DNA of 64,000 nucleotides from an uncultured Gammaproteobacteria bacterium (GTDB taxonomy: Bacteria; Pseudomonadota; Gammaproteobacteria; DRLM01). Below are positions 41,580 through 52,959 of this stretch, in pieces. Position 1 is the first letter of the stretch. Every line of letters begins with the position of its first letter. A program made the position numbers and the translations under genes. The DNA lies in assembly GCA_963729605.1 (NCBI GenBank), contig CAVSNY010000006.1:441529-505528 (forward strand), read 5' to 3'. A model generated the notes under the pieces. It made no database searches. It had not been told where the DNA came from and saw only the letters and a program-made list of their open reading frames with translations.

Positions 41580-43426
41580 TCCTCCACCCGCACTTCGCGG
41601 AACATGCCGGCTTCCATGTGGTACAGAAGGTGGCAGTGGTAAGCCCAACGACCGAGCGCGTCGGCGCGCACGCGATAGCTGCGCTTGCTGCCCGGCGGCA
41701 TGTCGATGGTGTGCTTGCGCACCTGGAAGTTGCCGTCTTCGTCCTCAAGGTCGCTCCACATGCCGTGCAGGTGGATCGGGTGGGACATCATGGTGTCGTT
41801 GACTAACACGATCCGCATGCGCTCGCCGTAGTTCAGCCGCAGCGGCTGCGCGTCGGAGAACTTCATGCCGTCGAACGACCAGGCGAAGCGTTCCATGTGG
41901 CCGGTAAGGTGCAGTTCGATTTCCCGGCCGGGCTCGCGGCCATCCGGGTCGCTGAAAGTACTGCGCAGGTCGGCATAGGTCAGCACCCTACGGCCGTTGT
42001 CGCGCAGGCCGATGCCGGGGTCATCGAGCCTGGGCGTCGGGGTCATCGTCTGCATGTCGACCAGAGGATTGCCTTCCTCGCTGGCGGGGTGTTGCTGCAT
42101 GCCCGCCGCACCATGGTCCATACTCGCCATCGGGCCGGGCTGCATCGACGAGGTGCCGTGCTGGCTATGGTCCATGCCGGCGTGCTGCATCCCGGCCATT
42201 GCGCCGCCTGACATCGCGCCCATGTCATGGCCCGTGCCGCCACCCATCATCATGCCATGGCCCATATCGTCCATGGTCAGAATCGGCTTGGGGTCCACCG
42301 ACGGCACCGGAGCGCGCAGGCCTTCGCGCACGGCCAGGGTACCGCTGACGTAACCGGTACGGCCTAAGTCTTGCGCGAAAATTGTGAACGCATCCTGGCC
42401 GCTGGGCTCGACGATCACGTCGAAGGTCTCCGCGGTGGCGATACGGAATTCATCCACGCTAACCGGATGCACGTACTGGCCGTCGGCCGCGACCACAGTC
42501 ATCTTCAGGCCGGGAATGCGCACGTCGAAGTGGGTCATCGCAGAGCCGTTGACGAAGCGCAACCGCACTTTCTCGCCGGACCGGAACAGGCCGGTCCAGT
42601 TGCCCAGCGAGGTCGTACCGTTCATCAGGAAGGTGTACGTATTGCCGTTGACGTCCGACAGGTCGGTTGGTGTCATCCGCATCTCGCCGCTCCACATCTT
42701 GCGGTTTTGAAGCGTAGCCGATAGTCCATGCTGCTGTACGTCGTCAAAGAAGTCCCCGACTGTCTGCTTGGCGAAATTGTCGAAATCGGACATCTTCTTG
42801 AGGCGGGAAAATAAATACGTGGGGTCAAGATCAGTCCAGTCCGACAGAAACACCACATAATCCCGGTCGTAAGAAAACGGTTCGGGCTCAATGGGATCGA
42901 TGATCAGCGACCCGTACATGCCACCCTGTTCCTGGAAGCCGGAATGGCTGTGATACCAGTAAGTGCCGCCCTGACGGATGTCGAATTCGTACAGGTAGCT
43001 TTCTCCGCGATTGATGCCGTCGAAGCTCAGGCCAGGCACACCGTCCATATTCGCCGGCAGCAGGATGCCATGCCAATGAATCGACGTGGAGTCGCCATGA
43101 ATCGATCCACGCGGCAGGTCATTACGGACCCGAAGCTGCACTCGTGTACCTTCCTTCCAGCGCAGGATCGGTCCGGGCACGGAGCCGTTGATGGTGATGG
43201 CCGGGCGCACCTGGCCCGTGTAGTTGACCAGAGTTTCGCCGATGCTCAGGTCGAACTGCGTGCCGGCCATTACCTCCACTTGCCCAGGCGAGCGCAGCGC
43301 CCAGCTCTGTTTGGGCCATAACCCCAAGCCAAGCATTGCGCCGCCAGCTGCCAGCCCGTGAACAAACTGCCTCCGTGATAGTGCGATTTTTTCTTCGGCT
43401 TCTGAACCGAAAGGTCTGGATGACAT
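41576..43426 (-). CDS. copA: Periplasmic multicopper oxidase
   Basis: Start MSSRP at 43426; Tat motif SRRQFV; HWHG, WYHSH, HPIHLHG, HCHLLYHM; Met/His-rich insert. Confidence 0.97.
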   Translation of the reverse strand: MSSRPFGSEAEEKIALSRRQFVHGLAAGGAMLGLGLWPKQSWALRSPGQVEVMAGTQFDLSIGETLVNYTGQVRPAITINGSVPGPILRWKEGTRVQLRVRNDLPRGSIHGDSTSIHWHGILLPANMDGVPGLSFDGINRGESYLYEFDIRQGGTYWYHSHSGFQEQGGMYGSLIIDPIEPEPFSYDRDYVVFLSDWTDLDPTYLFSRLKKMSDFDNFAKQTVGDFFDDVQQHGLSATLQNRKMWSGEMRMTPTDLSDVNGNTYTFLMNGTTSLGNWTGLFRSGEKVRLRFVNGSAMTHFDVRIPGLKMTVVAADGQYVHPVSVDEFRIATAETFDVIVEPSGQDAFTIFAQDLGRTGYVSGTLAVREGLRAPVPSVDPKPILTMDDMGHGMMMGGGTGHDMGAMSGGAMAGMQHAGMDHSQHGTSSMQPGPMASMDHGAAGMQQHPASEEGNPLVDMQTMTPTPRLDDPGIGLRDNGRRVLTYADLRSTFSDPDGREPGREIELHLTGHMERFAWSFDGMKFSDAQPLRLNYGERMRIVLVNDTMMSHPIHLHGMWSDLEDEDGNFQVRKHTIDMPPGSKRSYRVRADALGRWAYHCHLLYHMEAGMFREVRVEE

Positions 43427-43695
43427 GAATGATCTCCTATGATCGGTATGGATTGACCTAAGTGGCAGGGCACGCACATCTCTGCGACCCATGCCATGAG
43501 GCGTCTGCTGCATTCGAAGTCGCCACGGCGGAAGGATTCGATTCGGAACATGCGGATGTTCCCGACCCGCAGCGGCTTCAATTCCCAGGGCCATTCTGGA
43601 GCAGGCGTCACATAGCGCACCGCCATAGAACCAAGTCTGTGGAACTCATGCCATTCAACTTAGATGACAGTCACTGTCGCAGGGATGACTCATTC

Positions 43696-43767
43696 ATTAC
43701 ATTCCTGTCATCTGATAGTCATTTCAGATGGCCCGCACAGATGACAAGTGAATGACATAAATGTAAC
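43696..43767. promoter_or_regulatory. Two Cop/CusR boxes in the divergent copA / copG region
   Basis: ATTACATTCCTGTCAT (43696-43711) and ATGACATAAATGTAAC (43752-43767), with extra GATGAC/GTCATC half-sites. Confidence 0.75.
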
Positions 43768-43902
43768 GCAGGGGTCATCTGTCTGACAGCGCCTGCTCTC
43801 TAGCATCGGTATGAAGAAGACGCATGGTGCATTTCGGGCCTCGAATTACGCCCGACTGCCATGAATCCCTTATACCGACAGTTGAGAGTCACGGAGTCGA
43901 GC

Positions 43903-44370
43903 ATGATGAATGTCGCTATCAAATACCGCATCTGGTTGGCGGGTCTGTTTCTATCTCCCATGCTCGGTATTAGTGTGGCAGCTGCATCTGAGTTGAGCGC
44001 GGAAGTCTGGAAAGACCCCAACTGTGGTTGCTGCAAGGAGTGGATTCAGCATCTTGAAGAAGTGGACATACAGGTGCGTACTTCCAATACCGGCAACACC
44101 GACATACGTGAAAGGCTCGGCATTGCCAGGCAGTTTGGTTCCTGCCATACCGCCAGAATCGGTGGCTACGCTATCGAAGGCCATGTACCGGTTGCCGACA
44201 TCAAGCGTCTCCTGAAAGAAAAGCCCGAGGCGATCGGCCTGGCCGTGCCCGGAATGCCGATCGGTTCACCTGGCATGGACGGCCCGCTCTATGGCGACCG
44301 CAAAGACCCCTACGACGTCTTGCTGATCCATGTCGATGGCAGCGCCAGCGTCTATCAAGCCTATCGCTGA
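43903..44370 (+). CDS. copG: DUF411/CopG metal-binding protein
   Basis: CGCC..W; SCHTA; IEGHVP; GLAVPGMPIGSPGM. Confidence 0.9.
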   Translation: MMNVAIKYRIWLAGLFLSPMLGISVAAASELSAEVWKDPNCGCCKEWIQHLEEVDIQVRTSNTGNTDIRERLGIARQFGSCHTARIGGYAIEGHVPVADIKRLLKEKPEAIGLAVPGMPIGSPGMDGPLYGDRKDPYDVLLIHVDGSASVYQAYR

Positions 44371-44431
44371 TCGATGCGATGAAACGGCCAATGTCCCCGG
44401 TGACCTTCGGGATCAAGAGGAGAACACAGTC

Positions 44432-44707
44432 ATGAACACAGTAGATCTCGACGTCCAGGGTATGAGCTGCGGCTCATGTATCGCGAAAGTCACCGATGCG
44501 CTGAAAGCGCTGCCGGGAGTCGATGCCGTGGAAGTGCATTTGACCACCGGCCGCGTTCAAGTTCGAGGCAACTTCGATCAAGGCAACGATCCGCTGCTGT
44601 CGACGTTGCAACAGGCCGGGTATCCCGCGCGTCTGGCAAGCGGCGACACCCTGTCCAGCCAATCAACAGGAGGCGGCGGCCGAAGTTGCTGCAGCCGAAA
44701 TTCTTAA
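44432..44707 (+). CDS. copZ: HMA-domain copper chaperone
   Basis: GAGGAG RBS; GMSCGSC; AGY; C-terminal CC. Confidence 0.88.
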   Translation: MNTVDLDVQGMSCGSCIAKVTDALKALPGVDAVEVHLTTGRVQVRGNFDQGNDPLLSTLQQAGYPARLASGDTLSSQSTGGGGRSCCSRNS

Positions 44708-44724
44708 ACATATGAAGAGGTGTA

Positions 44725-45117
44725 ATGCACATGAACCGTACTACCCAATTTCGCTCTCTGATTGTTGGTGCCTGTCTTGCGACCGGCTTGCTGATCACAT
44801 CGGTCGCTCAGGCCCATATCTCCCTCGTCAAATCCATACCGACGGCCGATGCTGTTGTCACGACACCGCAGCAGATCGATCTCGTCTTCAGTGAACAGCT
44901 TGTACTTCGCGCCTCGCGCTTGGAGCTGAGCGTCATAAAGGACGGTGGGGCCGCGGAGAAAGTCGAGCACATCGACGTTGAACTCATCAACGACGGCAAG
45001 ACGCTGCGCGCTACGTTGCATAACCCCCTCGGAGTAGGCGTCTACCAGGTGCAATGGCGCGCCGTCGGTGATGACAACCATCCGATGACTGGCGAATACA
45101 GCTTCACCATCAAATGA
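44725..45117 (+). CDS. copC: Periplasmic copper-binding protein
   Basis: Signal AQA then N-terminal His; WRAVGDDNHPMTGEYSF. Confidence 0.93.
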   Translation: MHMNRTTQFRSLIVGACLATGLLITSVAQAHISLVKSIPTADAVVTTPQQIDLVFSEQLVLRASRLELSVIKDGGAAEKVEHIDVELINDGKTLRATLHNPLGVGVYQVQWRAVGDDNHPMTGEYSFTIK

Positions 45118-45132
45118 GCGGGCGCCAACATC

Positions 45133-46077
45133 ATGTCCAGTCTTCCCGACTACACGCTTCGGTTCATGCAGTACCTGGACTTGATGCTGCTGTTCGGATT
45201 GCCGCTATTCGCGTGGTACGGTCCGGCCGCCTCAACGACCAGCGGCGATAAGCACCCACCCCTGCCCAGATGGGCCTTGACCCAGGGGCTCCTGATCTGT
45301 GGGGTGCTCGGCTTGGCGCTGGCGGGCATTGAGATTGTGCGCAGCACGGCTGGCATCATGGGGGTCGCGGTTTCCGATCTGGCGCGGGACGACTTGGCCT
45401 GGTATCTGTTCGACACCCCCGCTGGGCGCGCCGGGCTGACGCGAGCATTCCTGCTGGTTCTGCTGCTTGCTGTACTCGGCTGGCAGTCGCAGCGCGCCGA
45501 GCGCCCATTCCCCATTCGGCGAGTGACCCTACTGGCCGGCGTGGCGCTGGTCAGCCTGGCGTGGAATGGACATGCTGCCAGTGGCGAGGGTGTGAGTGGT
45601 ACGGTGCGGCTGGTGGCTGGTATGGCGCACCTGCTCGCTGCCGGCGGCTGGATCGGGGCCATCTTCGCCTTGCTGATTTTGTTCGTTCGTCACGGCAAGC
45701 CCGCCGCGGGTGAGGGCTTGCACATGCTGTGGCGGGCACTGCACACCTTTTCGCGGCCGGGCACGGTCTTCGTCGGCGTCCTGGTGGTGACCGGCATCTT
45801 TCACTACGGGGATCTGGTCGGCTGGTCCATCGCACCGCTGTTCCACAGCCGGCACGGCAACCTGATGCTGCTCAAGCTGGCGCTGTTCGCTGCGATGCTG
45901 GGCCTCGCCGCCTTGCATCGCTGGTGGTTGGTGCCCCGGCTCGAACGTGACATCCATACCGGCGTCCCTTCGCACTCTGCACAGCACCTGCGACTGAGTG
46001 TGACCATTGAGGCAACGATCGCGCTCCTGATTCTGGTAAGCGTAGCGGTACTCGGCACCCTCAGCCCTCATGGATGA
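45133..46077 (+). CDS. copD: Copper resistance membrane protein D
   Basis: WNGHAAS; HLLAAGGWIG; LLKLALF..LAALHRW; LGTLSP. Confidence 0.92.
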   Translation: MSSLPDYTLRFMQYLDLMLLFGLPLFAWYGPAASTTSGDKHPPLPRWALTQGLLICGVLGLALAGIEIVRSTAGIMGVAVSDLARDDLAWYLFDTPAGRAGLTRAFLLVLLLAVLGWQSQRAERPFPIRRVTLLAGVALVSLAWNGHAASGEGVSGTVRLVAGMAHLLAAGGWIGAIFALLILFVRHGKPAAGEGLHMLWRALHTFSRPGTVFVGVLVVTGIFHYGDLVGWSIAPLFHSRHGNLMLLKLALFAAMLGLAALHRWWLVPRLERDIHTGVPSHSAQHLRLSVTIEATIALLILVSVAVLGTLSPHG

Positions 46078-46146
46078 CAACAGATGGACCAGAACCTTCG
46101 TGCGGCTGTTCAGCATGCTATGGATCATGAAGACCGGAGGCTTCCT

Positions 46147-47436
46147 ATGCGAAATCTAGCGCGCATGCCGCGGCTCGTCGCGGCCGCACTCTTCTCGCTT
46201 AGCTTTGTACCCGCTTTCGTATGGGCACAGATCGACCCGTTAGCGAGCGCAAAGACCTTGCGTCCGGAAGCCCTCGTCGACGCAGTGCTGCAAGACAACC
46301 CACTGCTTCCCGCCGCGCAGTGGGCTTGGCAGGCCGCCGAATCGGAGATCGTGCCCGCCGGCGCGCTCGACGACCCCATGCTGTCCACCATGGTGGCGCC
46401 CAGGACCTTTGGCAAAGCCGAAATGGATCCAGGCGTCGGGATCGAGCTCTCCCAGCGTCTGCCGTGGCCCGGGAAACGCGGCTTGCGCGAAGAAATCGCG
46501 CGGTTCGAAGCGCGTGCGATCAAGCAATCTATCCCGAACACCCGTCTCGATCTGACTGAGCTGGCGAAAGCTGCATTTGCCGACTGGTACCTGGTGCATG
46601 CTGCCCTCCAAGTCAACGAGGCCAACCGTAAGCTCTGGCAAGATGTCCGTGAAATCGCTGCGATCAACTATGCCAGCGGCACCGGCAGCCAGCAGGACGT
46701 GCTGCAGGCCAACGTCGAGTATCAAATGCTGGGCCATCGCCAAGTGGTTTTGGAGCGCCAGCGGGCCGAGGTGCTAGCGCAGCTCAACCGATTACTCAAC
46801 CGGACTGCGGCCGCACCGCTACCGCCTCCCGCATCGCTGGCCGACCCCAGAGACCTACAGTCGCTGGTTGACTTGCGCGCCTTGGCATTGGCACAGCGCA
46901 CCGAACTGGAGGCGGCCGAAGCCGAGATCGAAGCCGACAGCGCGCGGGTCGACCTGGCCAAGCGCGAATTCTATCCCGATTTCCAACTCTCCACGGGCTA
47001 CAACAGCATGTGGGACGACTCGGACATGCAATGGACGGTAGGGGTCGGTATCAACATCCCGCTCGGCCATGCGAAGCGCCACGCAGCCGTCTCTGGTGCC
47101 CGCGCCGAGGCCATGGAGAGCCGCTGGCGCCTGCAAGACCTCTCCCTTGAGATCGTCAAGGAAGTCGAGCAGGCGTATGCGCGCGTCCAGGAAGCCTACC
47201 ACTTGCTTGGCCTTCACGAAGACCAGCTACTTCCCCTCGCCCGCGCCAATCTCGAAGTGGCCCGCACCGCTTATCAGGCGCGCACCGGATCGCTGGAAAG
47301 CCTACTGCGCGCCGAACGCAGCCTGTTCGAGACCGAGCTGAATTTTGAGGCGGCTCGCGCCGACTACTACCGCAATATGGCCGCCCTCGAGCGGGCCGTC
47401 GGCGGTTGGAGTCAGCCCATGGAAGCCGCGCGCTAA
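46147..47436 (+). CDS. cusC: TolC-family outer-membrane factor
   Basis: GGAGG RBS before MRNL; GALDDP; SQRLPWPGKR; REFYPDF. Confidence 0.85.
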   Translation: MRNLARMPRLVAAALFSLSFVPAFVWAQIDPLASAKTLRPEALVDAVLQDNPLLPAAQWAWQAAESEIVPAGALDDPMLSTMVAPRTFGKAEMDPGVGIELSQRLPWPGKRGLREEIARFEARAIKQSIPNTRLDLTELAKAAFADWYLVHAALQVNEANRKLWQDVREIAAINYASGTGSQQDVLQANVEYQMLGHRQVVLERQRAEVLAQLNRLLNRTAAAPLPPPASLADPRDLQSLVDLRALALAQRTELEAAEAEIEADSARVDLAKREFYPDFQLSTGYNSMWDDSDMQWTVGVGINIPLGHAKRHAAVSGARAEAMESRWRLQDLSLEIVKEVEQAYARVQEAYHLLGLHEDQLLPLARANLEVARTAYQARTGSLESLLRAERSLFETELNFEAARADYYRNMAALERAVGGWSQPMEAAR

Positions 47437-47446
47437 GGCCCTCCTT

Positions 47447-49153
47447 ATGAGAAGTTCTCTGATGAAAAAATCCATTGTCTGGGGCGCTGTGGTTGCTGTG
47501 CTCCTGGGAGCCGTTGGCCTAGTCCTCTGGCAGGGTGGCGACCAAACCGCCGGCCAGCCGACGGCGGCTGCCGGCAAGGACGAGCCACTGTTCTACCGCC
47601 ACCCGATGACGCCCTCAATTACCTCACCGGTGCCCGCCAAAGACAACATGGGCATGGACTACATCCCGGTCTATGCCGGCGACGCCGGCAGTAAGGATGA
47701 CGCCTTGGTGAGCATTTCACCGGTGATGGTGAACAACCTGGGCGTGCGCACCGAGCCGGTGACCCGTGGCCCCTTGGCGCGCGAGATCGATACGGTCGGC
47801 TATGTCGATTTTGATGAGCGGTTACTGAGCTATGTCAATTTGCGGGTGGAAGGTTGGATAGAAGAGCTGCAAGTGCGCACGCGCGGTGCACATGTCAGTG
47901 AAGGCGACCTGCTGTTCAAGATCTACTCGCCCGAGCTGGAAACCGCCCAACGCGAATACCTGCAAAGTGTCTCCGGTAGCGCCACGTTGCGGGCTGCGGG
48001 TGCGCAACGCCTGCGGGCCCTGGGGTTGAACGACGCCCAAATCGAGCGCCTGACCAAGACCCGCCAAGTGGCGCCGCTGGTGCCCATTTATGCCAAGCAG
48101 GACGGCATTGTCGCTGAGCTCAACGCCCGCGAGGGGATGTTCGTGACGCCCGGTACCACCGTGATGATGCTGGCCGGCCTGGACAGCGTCTGGGTGCTCG
48201 TCGACATCTTCGAACAACACGCCGACTGGGTAAAAGTGGGCCAGAAGGCCGAAGTGCGCCTGCCTCACAAGCCCAATCGAGTATGGACGGGCGACGTGGA
48301 ATTCATCTATCCCCAGCTAGATCCGCAGACCCGCACGCTGAAGGCGCGCCTGCGTTTCCTCAACTCCGAAGAGGCGCTGCGCCCGAACATGTATGCCGAG
48401 GTCACCGTGCACGCCGACCCACGTCAACGAGCGCTGAGCGTGCCCTCCGAAGCGGTGATCCACACCGGCGACGGCGCCCGCGTCATTCTGGCGCACGGCA
48501 GGGGCCGTTTTGACCCGGTACCGGTGGCAACGGGCTTTGAGTCGGGCGACCGCACCGAGATTCTCGATGGTCTCGCCGAAGGCGACCAAGTCGTTGTTTC
48601 CGCCCAGTTCCTGATTGACTCCGAGGCCAGCCTGCAAGCCAGTCTGCGCCGGATGACCGAGCCGGGAGAGGCCACCGAAGCCAGCGTCAGTGAGGTGATA
48701 TGGGCCGAAGGGCTCGTGAATAGCGTTGCGACGGATCCACCTACGCTCAACCTGAGCCACGAACCCATTCCTGAACTCGGCTGGCCGACAATGACCATGG
48801 CCTTTGCCGTTGCTGACGACGTGGATCTGGCCGCAGTGGCCCCAGGCCAGTCCCTTCGCTTTGCGCTCACGGAAGGAGCGAATGGACACGTCATCACGGC
48901 CATTGATACAGCAGCGAGCGCCGACGCCGGGATCACTGGGACGGGAACACTGAACAGGGTCGATTCGGCCACCGGCAAGGTAAACCTCAGCCACGATCCC
49001 ATCCCCGCCTTGAATTGGCCCGCCATGACGATGGACTTCGCTCTGGATGAGGGTATGCCCCCGCCTGCCATCGAGCCCGGTCAGGCGGTGCGCTTCCAGC
49101 TTGAGGAAACGGATGCCGGCCTGGTCATCGTCGAACTCGATCCAGCGGAGTAA
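47447..49153 (+). CDS. cusB: CusB membrane-fusion protein with two C-terminal CusF-like domains
   Basis: YRHPM..KDNMGMD; YSPEL; AQFLIDSE; then HEPIPELGWPTMTMAF and HDPIPALNWPAMTMDF. Confidence 0.9.
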   Translation: MRSSLMKKSIVWGAVVAVLLGAVGLVLWQGGDQTAGQPTAAAGKDEPLFYRHPMTPSITSPVPAKDNMGMDYIPVYAGDAGSKDDALVSISPVMVNNLGVRTEPVTRGPLAREIDTVGYVDFDERLLSYVNLRVEGWIEELQVRTRGAHVSEGDLLFKIYSPELETAQREYLQSVSGSATLRAAGAQRLRALGLNDAQIERLTKTRQVAPLVPIYAKQDGIVAELNAREGMFVTPGTTVMMLAGLDSVWVLVDIFEQHADWVKVGQKAEVRLPHKPNRVWTGDVEFIYPQLDPQTRTLKARLRFLNSEEALRPNMYAEVTVHADPRQRALSVPSEAVIHTGDGARVILAHGRGRFDPVPVATGFESGDRTEILDGLAEGDQVVVSAQFLIDSEASLQASLRRMTEPGEATEASVSEVIWAEGLVNSVATDPPTLNLSHEPIPELGWPTMTMAFAVADDVDLAAVAPGQSLRFALTEGANGHVITAIDTAASADAGITGTGTLNRVDSATGKVNLSHDPIPALNWPAMTMDFALDEGMPPPAIEPGQAVRFQLEETDAGLVIVELDPAE

Positions 49154-49156
49154 CCC

Positions 49157-52100
49157 ATGATTGCATCAATCATTCGCTGGTCGATCCAGAACCGGCTGTT
49201 AGTCCTCATCCTCTCCGCCCTGCTCACCGGGTGGGGGGGCTACTCCATGTTGACCACGCCCCTGGATGCCATACCTGATCTTTCGGATGTCCAGGTGATC
49301 ATCAAGACGTCCTATCCTGGTCAGGCACCGCAGGTGGTCGAAAGCCAGGTCACCTACCCCCTGTCGACCGCCATGTTGGCGGTACCCGGGGCCGTGACGG
49401 TGCGTGGCTACTCGATGTTCGGCGACTCGTTCGTCTATGTCATCTTCGAGGACGGTACCGATCTCTATTGGGCGCGGTCACGGGTGCTGGAATACCTGAG
49501 CCAGATATCGCCATCGCTACCCGAGGCGGCGCGCCCGGCCTTGGGCCCAGATGCTACCGGCGTGGGCTGGGTCTACGAGTACGCGCTGGTTGACCGCACG
49601 GGCCAGCATGACCTCGCGCAGTTGCGTTCACTGCAGGACTGGTTTCTGAAATTCGAGCTGCAGACGGTCGAGGGCGTGTCGGAAGTCGCCACCATCGGCG
49701 GCATGGTGAAGCAGTACCAGGTGGTGCTCGATCCCACCCGCGCCCGTGCCTACGGGCTGTCGATTGCCGAGGTAAAGCAGGCCATCCAGCGAGCCAACCA
49801 GGAGGTGGGCGGCTCGGTGATCGAACTGGCCGAAGCCGAGTACATGGTGCGCTCGCGGGGCTACCTGCAGGGCATCGAGGACCTCGAATTGGTGCCGCTA
49901 GGTGTCAGCGACAATGGCACGCCAATCTTGTTGAGTGACGTGGCCGAGATCCGGCTGGGGCCGCAGATCCGCCGAGGTATCGCCGAGCTGAATGGCGAAG
50001 GTGAAGTGGTCGGCGGCGTCATCATCATGCGTTTTGGCGGAAATGCGCTGGCGACCATCGCGGCGGTGAAGGAGAAGCTCACCATGCTTGAAGCCAGCCT
50101 GCCGGCCGGGGTGGAGATCGTCGAAACCTACGATCGCTCCGAGCTGATCAAGAGCGCTGTCACCAACCTGGAGCATAAGTTGGTTGAGGAATTCATCGTG
50201 GTGGCCATCGTCACCGCGATCTTCCTGTTCCATCTGCGCTCGTCACTGGTCATCATCATCAGCTTGCCGATTGGGATTCTGGCGGCCTTCGCCATCATGC
50301 GGACGCAGGGCATCAACGCCAACATCATGTCGCTGGGCGGTATCGCGATCGCCATCGGCGCGATGGTGGATGCGGCCATCGTGATGGTGGAGAACGTCCA
50401 CAAACACATGGAAAAAACCAAGATCACCGACAGCAATCGTTGGGAGGTGATCCAGAAGGCATCTGTCGAGGTAGGGCCACCACTGTTCTTTTCCCTGCTG
50501 ATCATTACCTTCAGCTTCTTGCCGGTGTTTGCCCTGGAAGCCCAGGAAGGCCGGATGTTCGCGCCGCTCGCCTATACCAAGACCTACGCCATGGCGGCTT
50601 CGGCTGGGTTGGCGATCACGCTGGTGCCGGTGCTGATGGGTTATTTCATCCGTGGACACATCCTGCCGGAACACAAAAACCCGATCAATCGGGGCCTGAT
50701 TGCCGCCTATCGGCCCTTCGTTAATCTGGTGATGCGGCACCCGGTCAAGATACTGGTTGCCTCACTCGTCATTGCTGTCAGTGGCGCTTGGCCGTTAACA
50801 CAGCTGGGCAGCGAATTCATGCCGGAGCTGGACGAGGGCACACTCCTGTATATGCCCAGCACCTTTCCCGGCGTATCTGTGGGGGAGGCTGCTGAAATAT
50901 TGCAGCAGACCAATAAGTTGATCCGCACCGTACCCGAGGTGGCCACCGTATTCGGGAAAATTGGCCGCGCCGACACAGCCACCGACCCGGCTCCCTTGAG
51001 CATGATCGAGACCACGATTCAGTTGAAACCCGAGTCGGAGTGGCGGCCAGGCATGACCACAGACAAACTGATCGAGCAACTGGACGCAGTGGTTCAGCTG
51101 CCGGGCGTAACCAATGCCTGGGTGATGCCGATCAAAAACCGCATCGACATGCTGGCGACCGGCATCAAAACCCCAGTGGGGATAAAGATCGCGGGCCCCG
51201 ATTTAAATGTCACACAGGAGATTGGCCAGCGCATCGAACAGGTGATTGAACCGATCCCCGGCACCGTTTCGGTGTTCTCGGAGCGCACGGCGGGAGGCCG
51301 CTATATCGATATCGATATCGACCGCAAAGCCGCTGCACGCTTTGGGCTCAACGTTGCTGATGTGCAGGAGGTGGTCGCTGCCGCGATCGGCGGCATGAAC
51401 GTCACCGAGACGGTCGAAGGATTGGAGCGCTATCCGGTCAACCTGCGTTACCCACGCGAGGTGCGCGATTCGGTGGCCGACATCAGGCAGTTGCCCATCG
51501 TGACGCCAACCGGCGCCCACGTCCCCTTGGGGGCCGTGGCTAAGGTAGCAGTGATCGATGGCCCACCCATGCTGAAGAGCGAAAACGCTCGCCTCAATGG
51601 CTGGACTTACATCGACATCAAAGGCCGTGATCTCGGCTCCTACGTCGCCGAGGCTCAACAAGCCGTGGCCGAAAAGGTCGAGTTGCCGCCGGGGTATTCG
51701 CTCACTTGGTCAGGGCAATTCGAATACATGGAACGGGCCATGGAGCGTATGCAGCTCGTGGTACCGGTCACGCTAATGATCATTTTCTTGCTGCTGTACC
51801 TCGCCTTCCAGCGCGTGGGCGAGGCGATCCTCATCATGGCCACCCTGCCCTTTGCACTGATCGGCGGCCTTTGGCTGCTGTACCTACTCGACTACAACCT
51901 GTCGGTGGCCGTCGGCGTTGGCTTTATCGCCTTGGCGGGGGTTGCTGCTGAAACCGGCGTGGTGATGTTGGTCTATCTCGATCAGGCGTTGAAGGACCGT
52001 CGAGAAGCCGCGGCTACGGAAGGCCGACCGGTCACCGTGCAGGAGCTCAGCGACGCGGTGATCGAAGGCGCGCTGTTGCGCGTGCGGCCGAAGATCATGA

Positions 52101-52300
52101 CGGTCACCGCCATCATTGCCGGTTTGCTCCCCATCATGTGGGGCACCGGTACTGGCTCCGAGATTATGCGGCGGATTGCTGCACCCATGGTCGGGGGCAT
52201 GGTCAGCGCGACCTTGCTGACACTGGTCGTCATTCCAGCCGCTTTCCTGGTGTGGAAGCGCCGAGTGGTTATTAGAGAACTGAATACCGCGGGTGGCTAG
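49157..52300 (+). CDS. cusA: Cu/Ag RND permease
   Basis: [15 protein letters not shown]; [10 protein letters not shown]; [11 protein letters not shown]; RIDMLATG; RIAAPMVGG. Confidence 0.97.
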   Translation: MIASIIRWSIQNRLLVLILSALLTGWGGYSMLTTPLDAIPDLSDVQVIIKTSYPGQAPQVVESQVTYPLSTAMLAVPGAVTVRGYSMFGDSFVYVIFEDGTDLYWARSRVLEYLSQISPSLPEAARPALGPDATGVGWVYEYALVDRTGQHDLAQLRSLQDWFLKFELQTVEGVSEVATIGGMVKQYQVVLDPTRARAYGLSIAEVKQAIQRANQEVGGSVIELAEAEYMVRSRGYLQGIEDLELVPLGVSDNGTPILLSDVAEIRLGPQIRRGIAELNGEGEVVGGVIIMRFGGNALATIAAVKEKLTMLEASLPAGVEIVETYDRSELIKSAVTNLEHKLVEEFIVVAIVTAIFLFHLRSSLVIIISLPIGILAAFAIMRTQGINANIMSLGGIAIAIGAMVDAAIVMVENVHKHMEKTKITDSNRWEVIQKASVEVGPPLFFSLLIITFSFLPVFALEAQEGRMFAPLAYTKTYAMAASAGLAITLVPVLMGYFIRGHILPEHKNPINRGLIAAYRPFVNLVMRHPVKILVASLVIAVSGAWPLTQLGSEFMPELDEGTLLYMPSTFPGVSVGEAAEILQQTNKLIRTVPEVATVFGKIGRADTATDPAPLSMIETTIQLKPESEWRPGMTTDKLIEQLDAVVQLPGVTNAWVMPIKNRIDMLATGIKTPVGIKIAGPDLNVTQEIGQRIEQVIEPIPGTVSVFSERTAGGRYIDIDIDRKAAARFGLNVADVQEVVAAAIGGMNVTETVEGLERYPVNLRYPREVRDSVADIRQLPIVTPTGAHVPLGAVAKVAVIDGPPMLKSENARLNGWTYIDIKGRDLGSYVAEAQQAVAEKVELPPGYSLTWSGQFEYMERAMERMQLVVPVTLMIIFLLLYLAFQRVGEAILIMATLPFALIGGLWLLYLLDYNLSVAVGVGFIALAGVAAETGVVMLVYLDQALKDRREAAATEGRPVTVQELSDAVIEGALLRVRPKIMTVTAIIAGLLPIMWGTGTGSEIMRRIAAPMVGGMVSATLLTLVVIPAAFLVWKRRVVIRELNTAGG

Positions 52301-52393
52301 CTTTTTACGCCATCTGCAGCCACAGGTAGCTCCTAGCGCAGTTTAGGTTCTACCTGCACCGCCTTTAGATTATCAACCTCAGGAGCAAAGACG

Positions 52394-52777
52394 ATGCGTA
52401 TTCTTCCGATGATGGCAGCGATAGCGCTGGCGGTATCGACCAATGCAGCCGCGGCGAATGAGAACCACGACAAAGAGATGGGGAACAGCACGCACGGGAT
52501 GGATAACATGAAAGGAATGGAGGTGATGAATAACGAACAGACAGTGGGCCAGCAGCTCAGCGGTAAAGGGATGATAAAAGCCATCGATACTGAGGCACAG
52601 ACAATTACGATAACCCATGAACCGATTCCTGCTCTCCAGTGGCCGACCATGACCATGAAATTCAACCTCGACAACTTTTCATTGACCCAAGAGATTGAGG
52701 TTAACGACCAGGTGGAATTTGAATTCGTGCGAGCGAATGGAGACTATGTCATCACCGCTATCAAACCGCAGGAATAA
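52394..52777 (+). CDS. cusF: Periplasmic copper chaperone
   Basis: Signal peptide; Met-rich N-terminus; HEPIPALQWPTMTMKF. Confidence 0.93.
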   Translation: MRILPMMAAIALAVSTNAAAANENHDKEMGNSTHGMDNMKGMEVMNNEQTVGQQLSGKGMIKAIDTEAQTITITHEPIPALQWPTMTMKFNLDNFSLTQEIEVNDQVEFEFVRANGDYVITAIKPQE

Positions 52778-52959
52778 TTACGGAACAAACCTGCAACGTA
52801 GCGCCGAAGCGCTTAGCTGATTCATACCTGGCTCGCAATAAATGCTTAACAACATTTAAGCGGAGTCTTGCCTGGCGCTTCTGCTCTTTTGAGATAGCCG
52901 CCCATCCGGCTCATTCACAGTGGGAACGCTCTGCAGCTAAATTGTTGAATGAAAAATAT

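Noticed and set aside
43430-43630. copL-like leader upstream of copA
   Set aside because: Only a faint HPHVPNRILPP resemblance; no intact Cys-rich ORF
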